Of a stretch of 64,000 nt of DNA, positions 9,221 to 18,791 are shown piece by piece; positions within the stretch are counted from its first letter, which is position 1, and every line of letters starts with the position of its first letter. The notes beneath the pieces are model-generated. The model had not been told where the DNA came from, searched no databases, and saw only the letters and a list, made by a program, of their open reading frames with translations. This DNA is from Candidatus Eiseniibacteriota bacterium (GTDB lineage: Bacteria; Eisenbacteria; RBG-16-71-46; SZUA-252). Location of the stretch: assembly GCA_031370645.1 (NCBI GenBank), contig JANMQV010000071.1, positions 1 through 64,000 of the forward strand. Direction: 5' to 3'. The position numbers and the translations under genes are program-made.

Positions 9221-11248
9221 ATGAACCCGGAAGCCATGGCTGCCGCCGCCCGCTCCGCTTCACCCGCGCATCGCGCCTTTCTCCCCGTCGCGACGATCGA
9301 CGAGGTCATCGCGAAACTCGTCGCCACGCATGGCGCCGCTCGGGCCGACGCCATCGGCCGGGGCGTTCGCCAAGTGGCGGAGCGTTGGTGGGGCGAGGAC
9401 GGGAACGCGGCGGAGTTCGTCGCGTTCTGCGAGCGGCACTACCTGGCCGACGAAGCCGAGCGGACACACGCCTTCACGCGCGTCTCCGACATCCTGGAGC
9501 AAGTGGACGGACTCCTCCACGAGCTCCACCGCGAACTGCGACGGCCGATGGACACGGACACGGGGCCGCTCGGGCCGGTCGATCTCCTCTTCGCGAACGT
9601 CGATCTTTTCGCGCACGTGGAGCCCGACCTCTTCCGCACGAAGGTCGCGTTTCTAGCGCTTCTCAACTTCCCGGTTCATCGGCTCGAGGAGCGACTGCGC
9701 GACGGTGCCTCCTGGAGCCGCGAAGCGTGGGCGCGCTCCTGCCTGATGGACCGCTTCGCCATGCGCGTTCCGGCCGAGTTGGCGCAGGAGACGACGCGCG
9801 CGTTGAACGCGGCGGATGTCTATATCTCCGGTTACAACATCCTCATGGACCGCGTGACGACGCCCGACGGCAGGCGCCCGTTTCCCGACGGACTTCGCCT
9901 CATCTCCCACTGGGGACTTCGCGACGAGCTGAAGGGGAACTACACGGCCGGTACCACGGGGCTTGAAAAGCAGCGGATCATTCAGAAGATCATGGAGCGG
10001 ATCGTCCGCCAGGAAATTCCGGACGCCGTTCGCTCGAACCCTCATGTCACCTGGACGCCCGAGACGAATGAAGCGAAGGCTGTCGAGGGCGCGCCGGCGC
10101 GGAACGACCTCGGCGTGCGGGAGCCCGACACGCGCTACGCGCGGCTTCTCGAGGTGTTCCACGCGCTCCGCGCCGTCGATCCGTACGCGCCGACCGCTCC
10201 GACGTTCATCCAGCGGCGATTCAACCTCGACCGGCAGATGCCGGAGCGAGAGGTGGAGGCGCTCCTCGTCTCGTTCCTCGAAGCGCCGGAAGTGGGGCGC
10301 GTGGCGGCGCGGATCGCGAAGCGCCTGGGCCGTCCACTCGAGCCGTTCGATCTCTGGTATACGGGCTATCTCCCGCGCGCGGCCGTCCGCGCCGAGGAAC
10401 TCGACGCCGCGACACAGCGGCGCTTTCCGAATCTCGCGGCGTTTCAGGACGCGATCCCGGAGATTCTCAAGCAACTCGGCTTCACGCCGGAGCGCGCTAA
10501 CTGGCTCGCGGAGCGGATCGTCGTCGATCCGGCGCGCGGTGCCGGCCATGCTTCCGGGGCGCAACGACGCGAGGACAAAGCGCACCTTCGCACGCGCGTC
10601 CCCGCCGGAGGGATGGACTTCCAAGGCTACAACGTGGCGATGCACGAGTTGGGGCACAACGTGGAGCAGGTCTTCTCGCTCAACGCCATCGATCACTGGG
10701 CCCTGAACGGCGTTCCGAACACGGCGTTCACCGAGGCGTTCGCCTTCACCTTCCAGGGCTACGACATGGCCGTCCTTGGGATCGGCTCGCCCGGGGAAGA
10801 GGCGGAGCGTCACGAGGCAATTCACAGCCTCTGGACGACCATGGAGATCGCCGGCGTGAGTCTTCTCGACATGAAGATCTGGAACTGGCTCTACGCGCAT
10901 CCGCGCGCCACGCCGGCCGAAACGCGCGAAGCGGTGCTCGCCGCGGCGCGAGAAGTGTGGAATCGGTGGTTCGCGCCGCACTACGGAGTCCGCGACGTGG
11001 AACTTCTCGCGATCTACTCCCACATCGTGAACGCGGCCATGTATCTCCCCGACTACGCCATCGGTCACATCGTGGCGTTTCAGTTGGCGGAGCGGTTGCG
11101 GCAGGTTCCGTTCGCGGCGGAGGTGGAGCGGTTGACGCGACTTGGGCGCCTCACGCCCGATGCCTGGATGCGGGCGGCGGTAAGCGGCCCCGTCTCCGTC
11201 GAACCGCTCTTGGTAGCGGCTCGCGCGGCGCTCGACGTTCCGGAGTAA
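9221..11248 (+). CDS. Uncharacterised gluzincin (M3/M2-like) metallopeptidase
   Basis: HELGH followed by a downstream Glu (FTEAFA) and H...YL..Y near the C-terminus. Confidence 0.65.
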   Translation: MNPEAMAAAARSASPAHRAFLPVATIDEVIAKLVATHGAARADAIGRGVRQVAERWWGEDGNAAEFVAFCERHYLADEAERTHAFTRVSDILEQVDGLLHELHRELRRPMDTDTGPLGPVDLLFANVDLFAHVEPDLFRTKVAFLALLNFPVHRLEERLRDGASWSREAWARSCLMDRFAMRVPAELAQETTRALNAADVYISGYNILMDRVTTPDGRRPFPDGLRLISHWGLRDELKGNYTAGTTGLEKQRIIQKIMERIVRQEIPDAVRSNPHVTWTPETNEAKAVEGAPARNDLGVREPDTRYARLLEVFHALRAVDPYAPTAPTFIQRRFNLDRQMPEREVEALLVSFLEAPEVGRVAARIAKRLGRPLEPFDLWYTGYLPRAAVRAEELDAATQRRFPNLAAFQDAIPEILKQLGFTPERANWLAERIVVDPARGAGHASGAQRREDKAHLRTRVPAGGMDFQGYNVAMHELGHNVEQVFSLNAIDHWALNGVPNTAFTEAFAFTFQGYDMAVLGIGSPGEEAERHEAIHSLWTTMEIAGVSLLDMKIWNWLYAHPRATPAETREAVLAAAREVWNRWFAPHYGVRDVELLAIYSHIVNAAMYLPDYAIGHIVAFQLAERLRQVPFAAEVERLTRLGRLTPDAWMRAAVSGPVSVEPLLVAARAALDVPE

Positions 11249-11269
11249 CGGCGCGGGGGCTGGAAGAGG

Positions 11270-12499
11270 CTACGACTTCCGGCGAAGCCGGTAGATTTCG
11301 CCGTTCAAGAGCAGCAGGTAGAGTTCGCCTTTTCCGTCGAGCCCGAACGAGGAGAGTTGCGCCATCGGTCCGCCGGTGGCACGCCGAAGCACTCCCGTCC
11401 AATCGTGCGTCTCCAGCGCGCCGCCCGGCCCGAGGCGCGCGCTTCGGATGAGGCCGGTGCAGAAGTCCCCGTAGAAGTAGGTTCCGGCGAGCTCAGGGAG
11501 CGCCGCTCCGCGATAGACGTACCCGCCCGTCACCGAGCAGCCGGAGCCGTGGTCGTATTCGAGTCGCGGCCTAGTCAAACCGGTCGTGTCGCAGCCCGAT
11601 CCCGGCGGATAGCAGTGATTCCCCTCCATCCGGTTCCATCCGTAATTCCGTCCGCCCGTAGCCGCCGGCTCGACGTCGATCTCTTCCCACGCTCCCTGAC
11701 CCACGTCGCCGATCCACATGGCGCCCGTCGCGAAGTCGAACGAGAAGCGCCAGGGATTGCGAAGCCCATAGGACCAGATCTCTCCCCTCTTTCCGCCCTG
11801 CGACGTGAAGGGATTCGTTGCGGGGATGGCGTAGGGCGAAGCGCCATTCACATCGAGGCGAAGGATCTTTCCGAGGAGCGTCGCGAGCGACTGCCCGTTC
11901 CCCTGTGGATCGCCGCCGGAACCGCCGTCCCCGAGGGCCATGTAGAGATAGCCGTCGGGGCCGAACGCGATCTGCCCTCCGTTGTGATTCGCGAAGGGCT
12001 GGGTGACCGAGAGAATCGGCGTCGCCACAGGGTTCGCACTGTCCGGATCGCTCGAGACGTGATAACCGGCAAGCCGCGTGTTGCCTGAGACGTCCGTGTA
12101 GTGGACGAAGAAGCGGCCGTTCGTCGCGTACTGAGGGTGGAACGCCAGCCCGAGGAGCCCCTGTTCGCCGCCCTGGCTCACGAGCGCCGAGACGTCGAGG
12201 AAGGGGCGCGGGTCCAGTACTCCGTTCCTGGCGATCCGGATGCGGCCCGTCTGCTCGACGATGAAGATCCGGGCGGTGTCTCCCGGCGGCGCCTGGAGGT
12301 CTACCGGAGCGCTCAGTCCGGTGAGGATCTGCTCCGCCTCATAATCCGAATCGACGGGCGGGGGCGGAGAGACGCTCGAGCCCGAGGTCCCGTCGGCGCA
12401 CCCGAGCACCAGGAGGAGAAAGGGGATCGCGGTGGCGGCGCGGAGCCGGCGCGGGCCGAATGGGATCGACGGATGTCGGTGGTTCATCGTCTCGATCAT
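11270..12499 (-). CDS. PQQ-dependent glucose/sorbosone dehydrogenase family lipoprotein
   Basis: EQGLLGLAFHP, NHNGGQIAFGPDGYLY, GKILR, GLRNPWR; LVLGC lipobox; start uncertain (12499 or 12487). Confidence 0.88.
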   Translation of the reverse strand: MIETMNHRHPSIPFGPRRLRAATAIPFLLLVLGCADGTSGSSVSPPPPVDSDYEAEQILTGLSAPVDLQAPPGDTARIFIVEQTGRIRIARNGVLDPRPFLDVSALVSQGGEQGLLGLAFHPQYATNGRFFVHYTDVSGNTRLAGYHVSSDPDSANPVATPILSVTQPFANHNGGQIAFGPDGYLYMALGDGGSGGDPQGNGQSLATLLGKILRLDVNGASPYAIPATNPFTSQGGKRGEIWSYGLRNPWRFSFDFATGAMWIGDVGQGAWEEIDVEPAATGGRNYGWNRMEGNHCYPPGSGCDTTGLTRPRLEYDHGSGCSVTGGYVYRGAALPELAGTYFYGDFCTGLIRSARLGPGGALETHDWTGVLRRATGGPMAQLSSFGLDGKGELYLLLLNGEIYRLRRKS

Positions 12500-12515
12500 G
12501 ACGCGCTCGGGGCCT

Positions 12516-12674
12516 GAAAACAACCGGCCAGCGCGACATTGCATCGCGCTGGCCGACGGATGGAGGACGGCGGGCGTTCCATGGGTCCGGGGCACTTCAG
12601 TTTGGCCCCCGCGACCAAGCCCGACATCCTGGCCCCGACTTCCGGGGCAACACCGGCCGTCAAGAGCCGGCAAA
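12516..12674 (-). ncRNA. Candidate structured sRNA or attenuator leader ending in an intrinsic terminator
   Basis: Promoter TTGATT-16-TATCGT; two short hairpins, a long rod (12564-12630), then a 12-bp stem (12525-12555) followed by GUUGUUUUC. Confidence 0.5.
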
Positions 12675-12707
12675 AGTGAACGATAGTCAGAACTCCAAAA
12701 GAATCAA

Positions 12708-12734
12708 GGGGCGGTGGATCGATTCCACCGCCCC
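12708..12734 (-). terminator. Rho-independent terminator
   Basis: 11-bp stem GGGGCGGTGGA/TCCACCGCCCC followed by TTGATTCTTTT. Confidence 0.8.
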
Positions 12735-12774
12735 ATTCCTGTTCCTGCAACGCCCGCGCTTCGGGCGCGCTGGG

Positions 12775-13458
12775 CTAGTTATCGTACCGGTCGTCGCCGC
12801 CGCGGTCGTAGCCGTCGCCGCGGTCGTAGTCGCCGCCCCGATCGTAGCCGTCGCCGCCGTCGTACCCGCCTTGGCCGTAGCCGCCGTGGTCGTGGCCGTC
12901 CACGTCGCAGGCTCCGTTATTCCAATCATCGTTCCAGTCGCTCACGTCGAGACGGTAGCCGCTCGGCCGGTCGTCGCACCGAAGCACGTGCGATCGGTAG
13001 TCGTCATAGCCGCTGAAGCGAGCGTCGCAGAAATTGCACCCGTAGAGATACCGGTCGTTCTCGTGGAAGCGGGCATTGATCCGCAGGCCGCCGATGACAG
13101 CACTTGCCCCCACGAAGTAGCGCACCGGCCGAATCACGACGAGATGCTGACGCTGGATATAATAAGGACGCGCCCAAACTCGCCGAGCGCGATAGCTCCG
13201 ACCGCGATAGCCGTCGTGAAGCATCACGAAACTCCGCTGAAAACGCGGACGGCCCTGCTGATATCCGCGGGACTGCCCGCGATCTCCCTGATACGGGTGC
13301 GCCTGGCGTTCGACACGGCGTTCGCGAGAGGGAGCCGTACTCTTGGGAGTCCACCACTTGCCCTGATCGGCTCGGGCGGCGATCGGCGACCCCGCGAGCA
13401 CCGCGGCGCCCAGTAGGCCCGCGAACCACATCCGTTGATTTCGTAGCGTTCCGTTCAT
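12775..13458 (-). CDS. Exported hypothetical protein with C2HC zinc-finger motif and YDRG[GD] repeat tail
   Basis: Start MNGTLRN behind GGAGG; signal peptide ending ARA; YGCNFCDARFSGYDDYRSHVLRC. Confidence 0.75.
   Translation of the reverse strand: MNGTLRNQRMWFAGLLGAAVLAGSPIAARADQGKWWTPKSTAPSRERRVERQAHPYQGDRGQSRGYQQGRPRFQRSFVMLHDGYRGRSYRARRVWARPYYIQRQHLVVIRPVRYFVGASAVIGGLRINARFHENDRYLYGCNFCDARFSGYDDYRSHVLRCDDRPSGYRLDVSDWNDDWNNGACDVDGHDHGGYGQGGYDGGDGYDRGGDYDRGDGYDRGGDDRYDN
12781..12870 (-). repeat. Approximately 18-nt tandem coding repeat (YDRGGD/YDRGDG)
   Basis: Repeated gccgcggtcgtag units. Confidence 0.75.
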
Positions 13459-13520
13459 GTTCGTCCCTCCTCTTTGGCGCCCGGGGTGACCCCGGGTGGA
13501 AGCATCTGGCGCCTCACTAA

Positions 13521-13536
13521 AGCATCCGCCGTGCCA
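13521..13536 (-). promoter_or_regulatory. Putative sigma54 promoter
   Basis: TGGCACGGCGGATGCT, i.e. GG-N10-GC with TGGCACG, about 60 nt upstream of the start codon. Confidence 0.65.
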
Positions 13537-13744
13537 TGTCGGGTGTAACTTGGTAGATGCATTACTTTCATATACTTGCGTCGCGGCGCCGCGTCGCTGA
13601 TCGGCTCCAAAACCGTGACCGGGACTCTGCACCGAGACGGGGGTTCGTCACACTGCTCAACCCCGTGGCCCTCCGTGCCGATAGATGGAGACGGCGCCGC
13701 GGGGGCGGCTCCGCTTAGACGATCACCTACAAGGAGGTCCTTTC

Positions 13745-14326
13745 ATGGCTGGCTATGGCGACTGGGATCAGCTCGAGTACCGCGCGCTCATGAGCCGCGG
13801 CAGCGACGCCGAGCGGAATGCGATGGTCTGCTGGGTGGCGTCGGGTCTGACCGCCGCCGTCCTGCTTTCGTGGGGCGTGGCTGCAAAGAGTTCGGGCCTC
13901 ATGCTGCCGGTGGTGTTCGCGGTGGCGTTCGGCTTTTACGCGATGATTCACGGTCGGCAGCAGGTTCGTCTCATTGCCGGATACGTGAAGGAGTTCTTCG
14001 AAGGCGGCAAGGAAGGCCCTCAGTGGTTCACGCGGCTGAGCCACCTCGAAGTCGTGCCTGGATTCAACGTGGCGAGCGATTGGACGGCTGCGATGCTGGC
14101 CAACTGCGCGGTCGCCGCGGCGGTCGTTCTGGCGTGGGTGTTCGCGCCGGGCGTTCCGAAGGGCGAACTGATGGCCGGACTCACCACCGGTTGCGGCGTG
14201 GCCTTCTCGTTTCATAGCATTACCGAGACCGCTCGTCTGCGTCAGACCAACCCGGCCGCGTTCTGGCGCCAGGTCGGTCGCGTGACCCCCGAGGAGCGGC
14301 AGGGACCGCGCGCCGTCGCGCGATAA
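13745..14326 (+). CDS. Hypothetical integral membrane protein (about 4 TM)
   Basis: AGGAGG RBS; four hydrophobic segments. Confidence 0.7.
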   Translation: MAGYGDWDQLEYRALMSRGSDAERNAMVCWVASGLTAAVLLSWGVAAKSSGLMLPVVFAVAFGFYAMIHGRQQVRLIAGYVKEFFEGGKEGPQWFTRLSHLEVVPGFNVASDWTAAMLANCAVAAAVVLAWVFAPGVPKGELMAGLTTGCGVAFSFHSITETARLRQTNPAAFWRQVGRVTPEERQGPRAVAR

Positions 14327-14356
14327 TTAGGAATGGACCGATTGCGGGAGGATCCA

Positions 14357-15046
14357 ATGCGCCGTCTCGTTGCCGTCGGTGTGCTATCGCTGTCGCTTCT
14401 TGCCGCGGCGCCCGCCTTCGCGGGGCTCATCGGCGTTCACCCGGGGTTCAAGGTCGGGGTCGCGGTCGCGGACTTCAACGAGGACATCTCGAACGCCGCC
14501 GATCTCGAATCGAGGTCGGAGGTCACGTTCGGCGGTTCGCTCCGACTCGACATCGGGTCGTTCTTTTCGCTTCAGCCGGAGCTTCAGTACGTGCCGGGCG
14601 GCGGCAAGGGGAGTTTCGTCGTCGACAACGGCGGCCTCCCCACGGCCGTCGATGGAACGCTCAAGATGAACTATCTGGAATTGCCGCTTCTCGCGAAATT
14701 CCGGATTCCTGGGGCCGGGTCCCTCGTGCCGAACTTTTACCTGGCGCCGACGGCCGCGTTGAATCTGGCGAGCAAGCTCGACGCCGATCTCACGGCGCTC
14801 GGAATCACGCCGGAAGAGGGCGGGGTGGACATCAAGGACGAGGTTCAGAGCCTCCTCTTCGGCGGTGCCGTCGGGGGCGGATTCGACATGCGGGCGGGGA
14901 AGGGGATCATGACGCTCGACGCGCGCTACTCGCGGAGTCTCTCCGACATCTTCAAGGGAGCGACGACGGCCGGGTCGGCGGGGGTGTTCGGTGCGGCCGA
15001 TTCGAAGAACAGCTCGATGAGCGTGACGCTCGGCTACTCCTTCTAG
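14357..15046 (+). CDS. Outer-membrane beta-barrel (PorT/OMP_b-brl family)
   Basis: Signal peptide; SLQPELQY and NYLELPLLAK motifs; C-terminal GYSF. Confidence 0.8.
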   Translation: MRRLVAVGVLSLSLLAAAPAFAGLIGVHPGFKVGVAVADFNEDISNAADLESRSEVTFGGSLRLDIGSFFSLQPELQYVPGGGKGSFVVDNGGLPTAVDGTLKMNYLELPLLAKFRIPGAGSLVPNFYLAPTAALNLASKLDADLTALGITPEEGGVDIKDEVQSLLFGGAVGGGFDMRAGKGIMTLDARYSRSLSDIFKGATTAGSAGVFGAADSKNSSMSVTLGYSF

Positions 15047-15073
15047 AACTTCGAGCCTGATCGGCCCGCGGGG

Positions 15074-16585
15074 TTAGCGGGCGATCCCCAGCAACGATTT
15101 CGCGTCAGCGATCGAGAAGAATCGGGGCGGCGGCACTGCAAGCCGCCGCCCCGCGATGTCCTGCCCATCCAGGTACTCGGCCACGGCCTGCCGCACGTCG
15201 GGCGTGGGGAGCAATTCGTGCCACCCGCCCGCCACCACCATGTGGATCCCGTTCGGGAATCCCCACCGCACCTCTTCCGCCTGATAGGGCGGCGTGTTGC
15301 CGTCCAGCGATCCGCTGAGGAAGAGCGTCGGGACGGGACTGTAGACGCGCTCCCGGTAGTCGACGCCGAGGTCGGCGGCGCCGATCTGGCCGCAGACCGA
15401 CCGCCGCTGAAGAAGTCCGCGAGCGCCGCCGACCAGGCTCGACGACTCCTCCCGCTCGATGAGGCGAACGCGATCGCCGTCCGCTCCCGAGGCGCAGTCG
15501 AACGCGGCCAGCTCGACGTTTGCGATGCCGGCGAGCGCGTTGTAGAGCGCTCCCACCTTCGCGTCGAAGATGGCGGGGTCCCCCTCCGCGAGAGAGGCGA
15601 GAAGGGCGGGGGCGACCGCGAAACCGATCGGTTCGACGAGATCGCCTTGCAGAATCAGCTGGAGCGCGAATCCGCCGGCGGTGATCTCGACCGCCGACTT
15701 CGTTCGGCGATCGATCACGGAGACCTTTCGCGGGTGGGCGTCGAGCGACGCCACCGCGGCGCGGATGGCCGCTTCGAAATCGGGAATTCGCGAGGCGTAG
15801 AGGGAATCGCGCGCCACGATCCGCGCCAGGCGGCGAACGTGGAAATCGAACGCGCGGGGGAGCCGCCACGCCTCGTCGGGGGCGCGGGTTCCAACCAGGA
15901 CGGCGCGTTCGACTCGATCGCCGTGAAGGCGGAGAAAGTCCTGAGCCCACTCCGTTCCCGAGGAGTAGGCGAGGAGCCGGATGCGCGGAATGGCGAGAGC
16001 CTTGCAGAAGTCTTCAAGGTCTTCGGCGCTCGCCCGCTGGTGATACGCCTCGGGCCGAACGCCGTCGGCGCGAAGGCCGGCGGTGCAAGCGGCGAGCGCC
16101 CGTTCGAGCGCGGCGCCCGCGAGCGACTCGGAGGCGAAGACGTCGAGCGGAAGCGGTTCTTGAGGAGCGCAGACGAGGAGCGGCTGGGAGAGCCCGCAAC
16201 CGCGCTGATCGAGCAGGATGACGTCGCCGCTTTCGCGGAGCTTCTGAAAGAGGCGATCGTACGTCGGAATTCGCGCCATGAACGTCGCCGGCACGCCCGG
16301 CCCGCCGGCCAGAAAGACGAGTGGCGCGCCATGCGCGCTTCCGGTCGCGCGCAGGCGGATGAAACCGAGATGGATTCGGGTTCCCGTCGTTTTCGCGCGA
16401 TCCTCGAGGACGAGGAGCGATCCACGATCGACGCCGCGGGAAAGGCCTTCGAATGTCGTGAGGGTATCGCCCGCCCACTCGACCGCCGCCGAAGCGCGGA
16501 GCGGCGTCGCGGCGACGAACGCCGCGACGGCGAGGAGAAGCGCGCCGATCTCGAACCGCCGCCTTCCGGGGGCGCGCGCGCGCAT
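15074..16585 (-). CDS. Secreted alpha/beta hydrolase (TAP-like peptidase)
   Basis: LAGGPG, DQRGCGLS, AYSSG nucleophile elbow, LDGNTP, GGWH; ATG overlaps the pdxH stop (TAATG). Confidence 0.8.
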   Translation of the reverse strand: MRARAPGRRRFEIGALLLAVAAFVAATPLRASAAVEWAGDTLTTFEGLSRGVDRGSLLVLEDRAKTTGTRIHLGFIRLRATGSAHGAPLVFLAGGPGVPATFMARIPTYDRLFQKLRESGDVILLDQRGCGLSQPLLVCAPQEPLPLDVFASESLAGAALERALAACTAGLRADGVRPEAYHQRASAEDLEDFCKALAIPRIRLLAYSSGTEWAQDFLRLHGDRVERAVLVGTRAPDEAWRLPRAFDFHVRRLARIVARDSLYASRIPDFEAAIRAAVASLDAHPRKVSVIDRRTKSAVEITAGGFALQLILQGDLVEPIGFAVAPALLASLAEGDPAIFDAKVGALYNALAGIANVELAAFDCASGADGDRVRLIEREESSSLVGGARGLLQRRSVCGQIGAADLGVDYRERVYSPVPTLFLSGSLDGNTPPYQAEEVRWGFPNGIHMVVAGGWHELLPTPDVRQAVAEYLDGQDIAGRRLAVPPPRFFSIADAKSLLGIAR

Positions 16586-17181
16586 TACGGCGCCAGGATC
16601 GACGATATCCACACGCCCGATTCCCGACGATAGAGGATTCGCTCGTGGAGGCGATTCTCCCGTCCCTGCCAAAACTCGATCGTCTCGGGGACGAGACGGA
16701 AGCCCGACCAATAGGGGGGCCGCGGCACGTTCGATTTCGGGAGCTTCTTGTCCCATTCGGCGAAGCGCGTCTCGAGCTCCTTCCGGCCCCCCGCCACGAC
16801 GCGACTCTGCGGCGAGGCGTACGCCGCCACCTGATGTCCGCGGGGCCGCGTCGCCCAGTAGGCATCGGCTTCCTCGGACGGCACCGGGGCGGCGAGTCCT
16901 TCGATTCGGACCTGCCGAGCCACCGGCGCCCAGTAGAAGTTGAGACAAACCGGCGCCCCCTCGGGCCGGGCCAGGAGTTCCCGCCCCTTGCGGCTCTCGA
17001 AGTTCGTGAAGAAGGCGAAACCGCGTTCGTCGATGCCGCGGACGAGGACGGTTCGAATTGACGGACTTCCTTGGGGATCGACCGTGGCAAGTGCTGCGGC
17101 GGAGGGTTCGGGGACGCCGATGTGGTGGGCGGCCTCGAACCATTCATCGAAGAGCGTCATCGGATTTGCCGGGGGAATCAT
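16585..17181 (-). CDS. pdxH: Pyridoxamine 5'-phosphate oxidase
   Basis: FFTNFESRKG, RQVRIEG, SPQS, IEFWQGRENRLHER. Confidence 0.92.
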   Translation of the reverse strand: MIPPANPMTLFDEWFEAAHHIGVPEPSAAALATVDPQGSPSIRTVLVRGIDERGFAFFTNFESRKGRELLARPEGAPVCLNFYWAPVARQVRIEGLAAPVPSEEADAYWATRPRGHQVAAYASPQSRVVAGGRKELETRFAEWDKKLPKSNVPRPPYWSGFRLVPETIEFWQGRENRLHERILYRRESGVWISSILAP

Positions 17182-17264
17182 CACTTTCGACCCTACCACG
17201 GAGCCCCCTTCCGGGGAACCGTCTCCCCCGGACCAGCGGCCCCCGCCTGTGCTATCGTCAAAGG

Positions 17265-18791
17265 GTGAATCAGCTCCCGCTCTGGGGCGCCGAGCCGCGG
17301 GCTCGCGCCAGCATCAAATCGCTCTCCAAATCTCGAGTCGCCGCCGGCCTCCAATGCCATAAGCGCCTCTACTTCGAATGCTACAGCTATAACAGCAGAG
17401 ACCCGGTCGATGCCGCGCGGCAAGCCCTGATGGAATCGGGCACCGAAGTCGGTCGCGTGGCGCGCGGGCGCTATCCGGGCGGTGTCACGATCACCGAGGA
17501 CCGATTCAAGACCGCGGAGGCCATCGCCTCAACGAAAGCGGCCATGGGCAACCCTCGACTGTCGGCCATCTATGAGGCGACGTTCCTTCACGACGACATC
17601 AGTGTCCGCGTGGACGTCCTGGCTCGAAATGAACAGGGTGCCTGGGATCTCATCGAAGTGAAGTCGAGCGGGGGCGTGAAGGAGGAGCATCTTCCCGACC
17701 TGGCCGTTCAGTTCTTTGTCGTTGAGGGCGCGGGCGTCCCCATCTCACGCGCGGGCATCCTCCACATCAATAAACAATACGTCTGGCCCGGCGGGCCGTA
17801 CGACCTCAAGGAGCTCTTTCGGTTTCAGGATCTGACCGTGGAAGCGCGCCGGGCTCGCCCGGAGTTGCTCGACGACATCGCCGCCATGCGGGAGCCGCTC
17901 TGGGCCATGGAGCCGCCCGAGGTGCCGATCGGTTCGCAATGCGAGTCTCCCTACCGCTGCCCCTTCTACGGCACCTGTCACACCGAGCCGAAAACCGATC
18001 ACCCGATCGGCGCGCTGCCACGGCTGAGCGCCAAGCAACGCCGGTCTCTCGAGGTTTTGGGGATCGAAGATATTCGCAATATCCCGGAGGACTTCGCGGA
18101 CCTCTCCGCGCTCCAGCGCCGGGTCCGAGCCTGCGTCCTCGATCAAGCGCACTACGTCAGTCCCGAGCTGAGCGACGCGCTCGCCGTAGCGCGCTTTCCG
18201 ATTCACTTCCTCGATTTCGAGACCTGCAATCCGGCGCTCCCGCTCATCCCCGGCACGCGGCCCTTTCAGCAGACGCCGTTTCAATGGTCGAATCACGTGC
18301 TGGAGGCCGACGGAACACTGCGACATTTGGAATATCTGCACGTGGAGCGGACGGATCCGCGCGGGCCGCTCGTTCGTACGCTGCTCGAGGCGCTCGGAAG
18401 CGAGGGGACGATCGTCGTCTACTCCGATTTCGAAGAGCGCATGATCCGCGAACTGGCGGAGGCGATTCCCGCCGAGCGGGAGGCCCTGCTGCGTCTGCTC
18501 GATTCGCGCATCCTCGATCTGCACAAGGTGATCCACACTCACTATTACCATCCCGGCTTCCAGGGGTCGTTTTCCATCAAGCAGGTGCTTCCCGTCGTCG
18601 TTCCGGAACTCTCCTACCGGGAACTCGACATCCGGGAGGGAAGCCAGGCCGCACTCGCCTTCATCGACATGACCGATCCCGCGCAGCCGCGCGCCGTGCG
18701 CGAGCGGCTGCGTAACGGGCTCCTCGCCTACTGCAAACGCGACACCGAAGCGATGGTCCGCCTCTACCAAACCCTGAAGGAGATCTCATGA
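17265..18791 (+). CDS. DUF2779 protein (PD-(D/E)XK-like N-terminus, RNase H-like C-terminus)
   Basis: LSKS....QC.KRL, DVL...LIEVKSS, FLDFET, GSFSIKQVLP, YCKRDT; GTG start just after a TATCGT -10. Confidence 0.82.
   Translation: MNQLPLWGAEPRARASIKSLSKSRVAAGLQCHKRLYFECYSYNSRDPVDAARQALMESGTEVGRVARGRYPGGVTITEDRFKTAEAIASTKAAMGNPRLSAIYEATFLHDDISVRVDVLARNEQGAWDLIEVKSSGGVKEEHLPDLAVQFFVVEGAGVPISRAGILHINKQYVWPGGPYDLKELFRFQDLTVEARRARPELLDDIAAMREPLWAMEPPEVPIGSQCESPYRCPFYGTCHTEPKTDHPIGALPRLSAKQRRSLEVLGIEDIRNIPEDFADLSALQRRVRACVLDQAHYVSPELSDALAVARFPIHFLDFETCNPALPLIPGTRPFQQTPFQWSNHVLEADGTLRHLEYLHVERTDPRGPLVRTLLEALGSEGTIVVYSDFEERMIRELAEAIPAEREALLRLLDSRILDLHKVIHTHYYHPGFQGSFSIKQVLPVVVPELSYRELDIREGSQAALAFIDMTDPAQPRAVRERLRNGLLAYCKRDTEAMVRLYQTLKEIS

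Noticed and set aside
12564-12674. SRP RNA (Alu-like two hairpins joined by UGU plus a long helix)
   Set aside because: Lacks the helix-8 CAGG..GGAA..AGCAG motif
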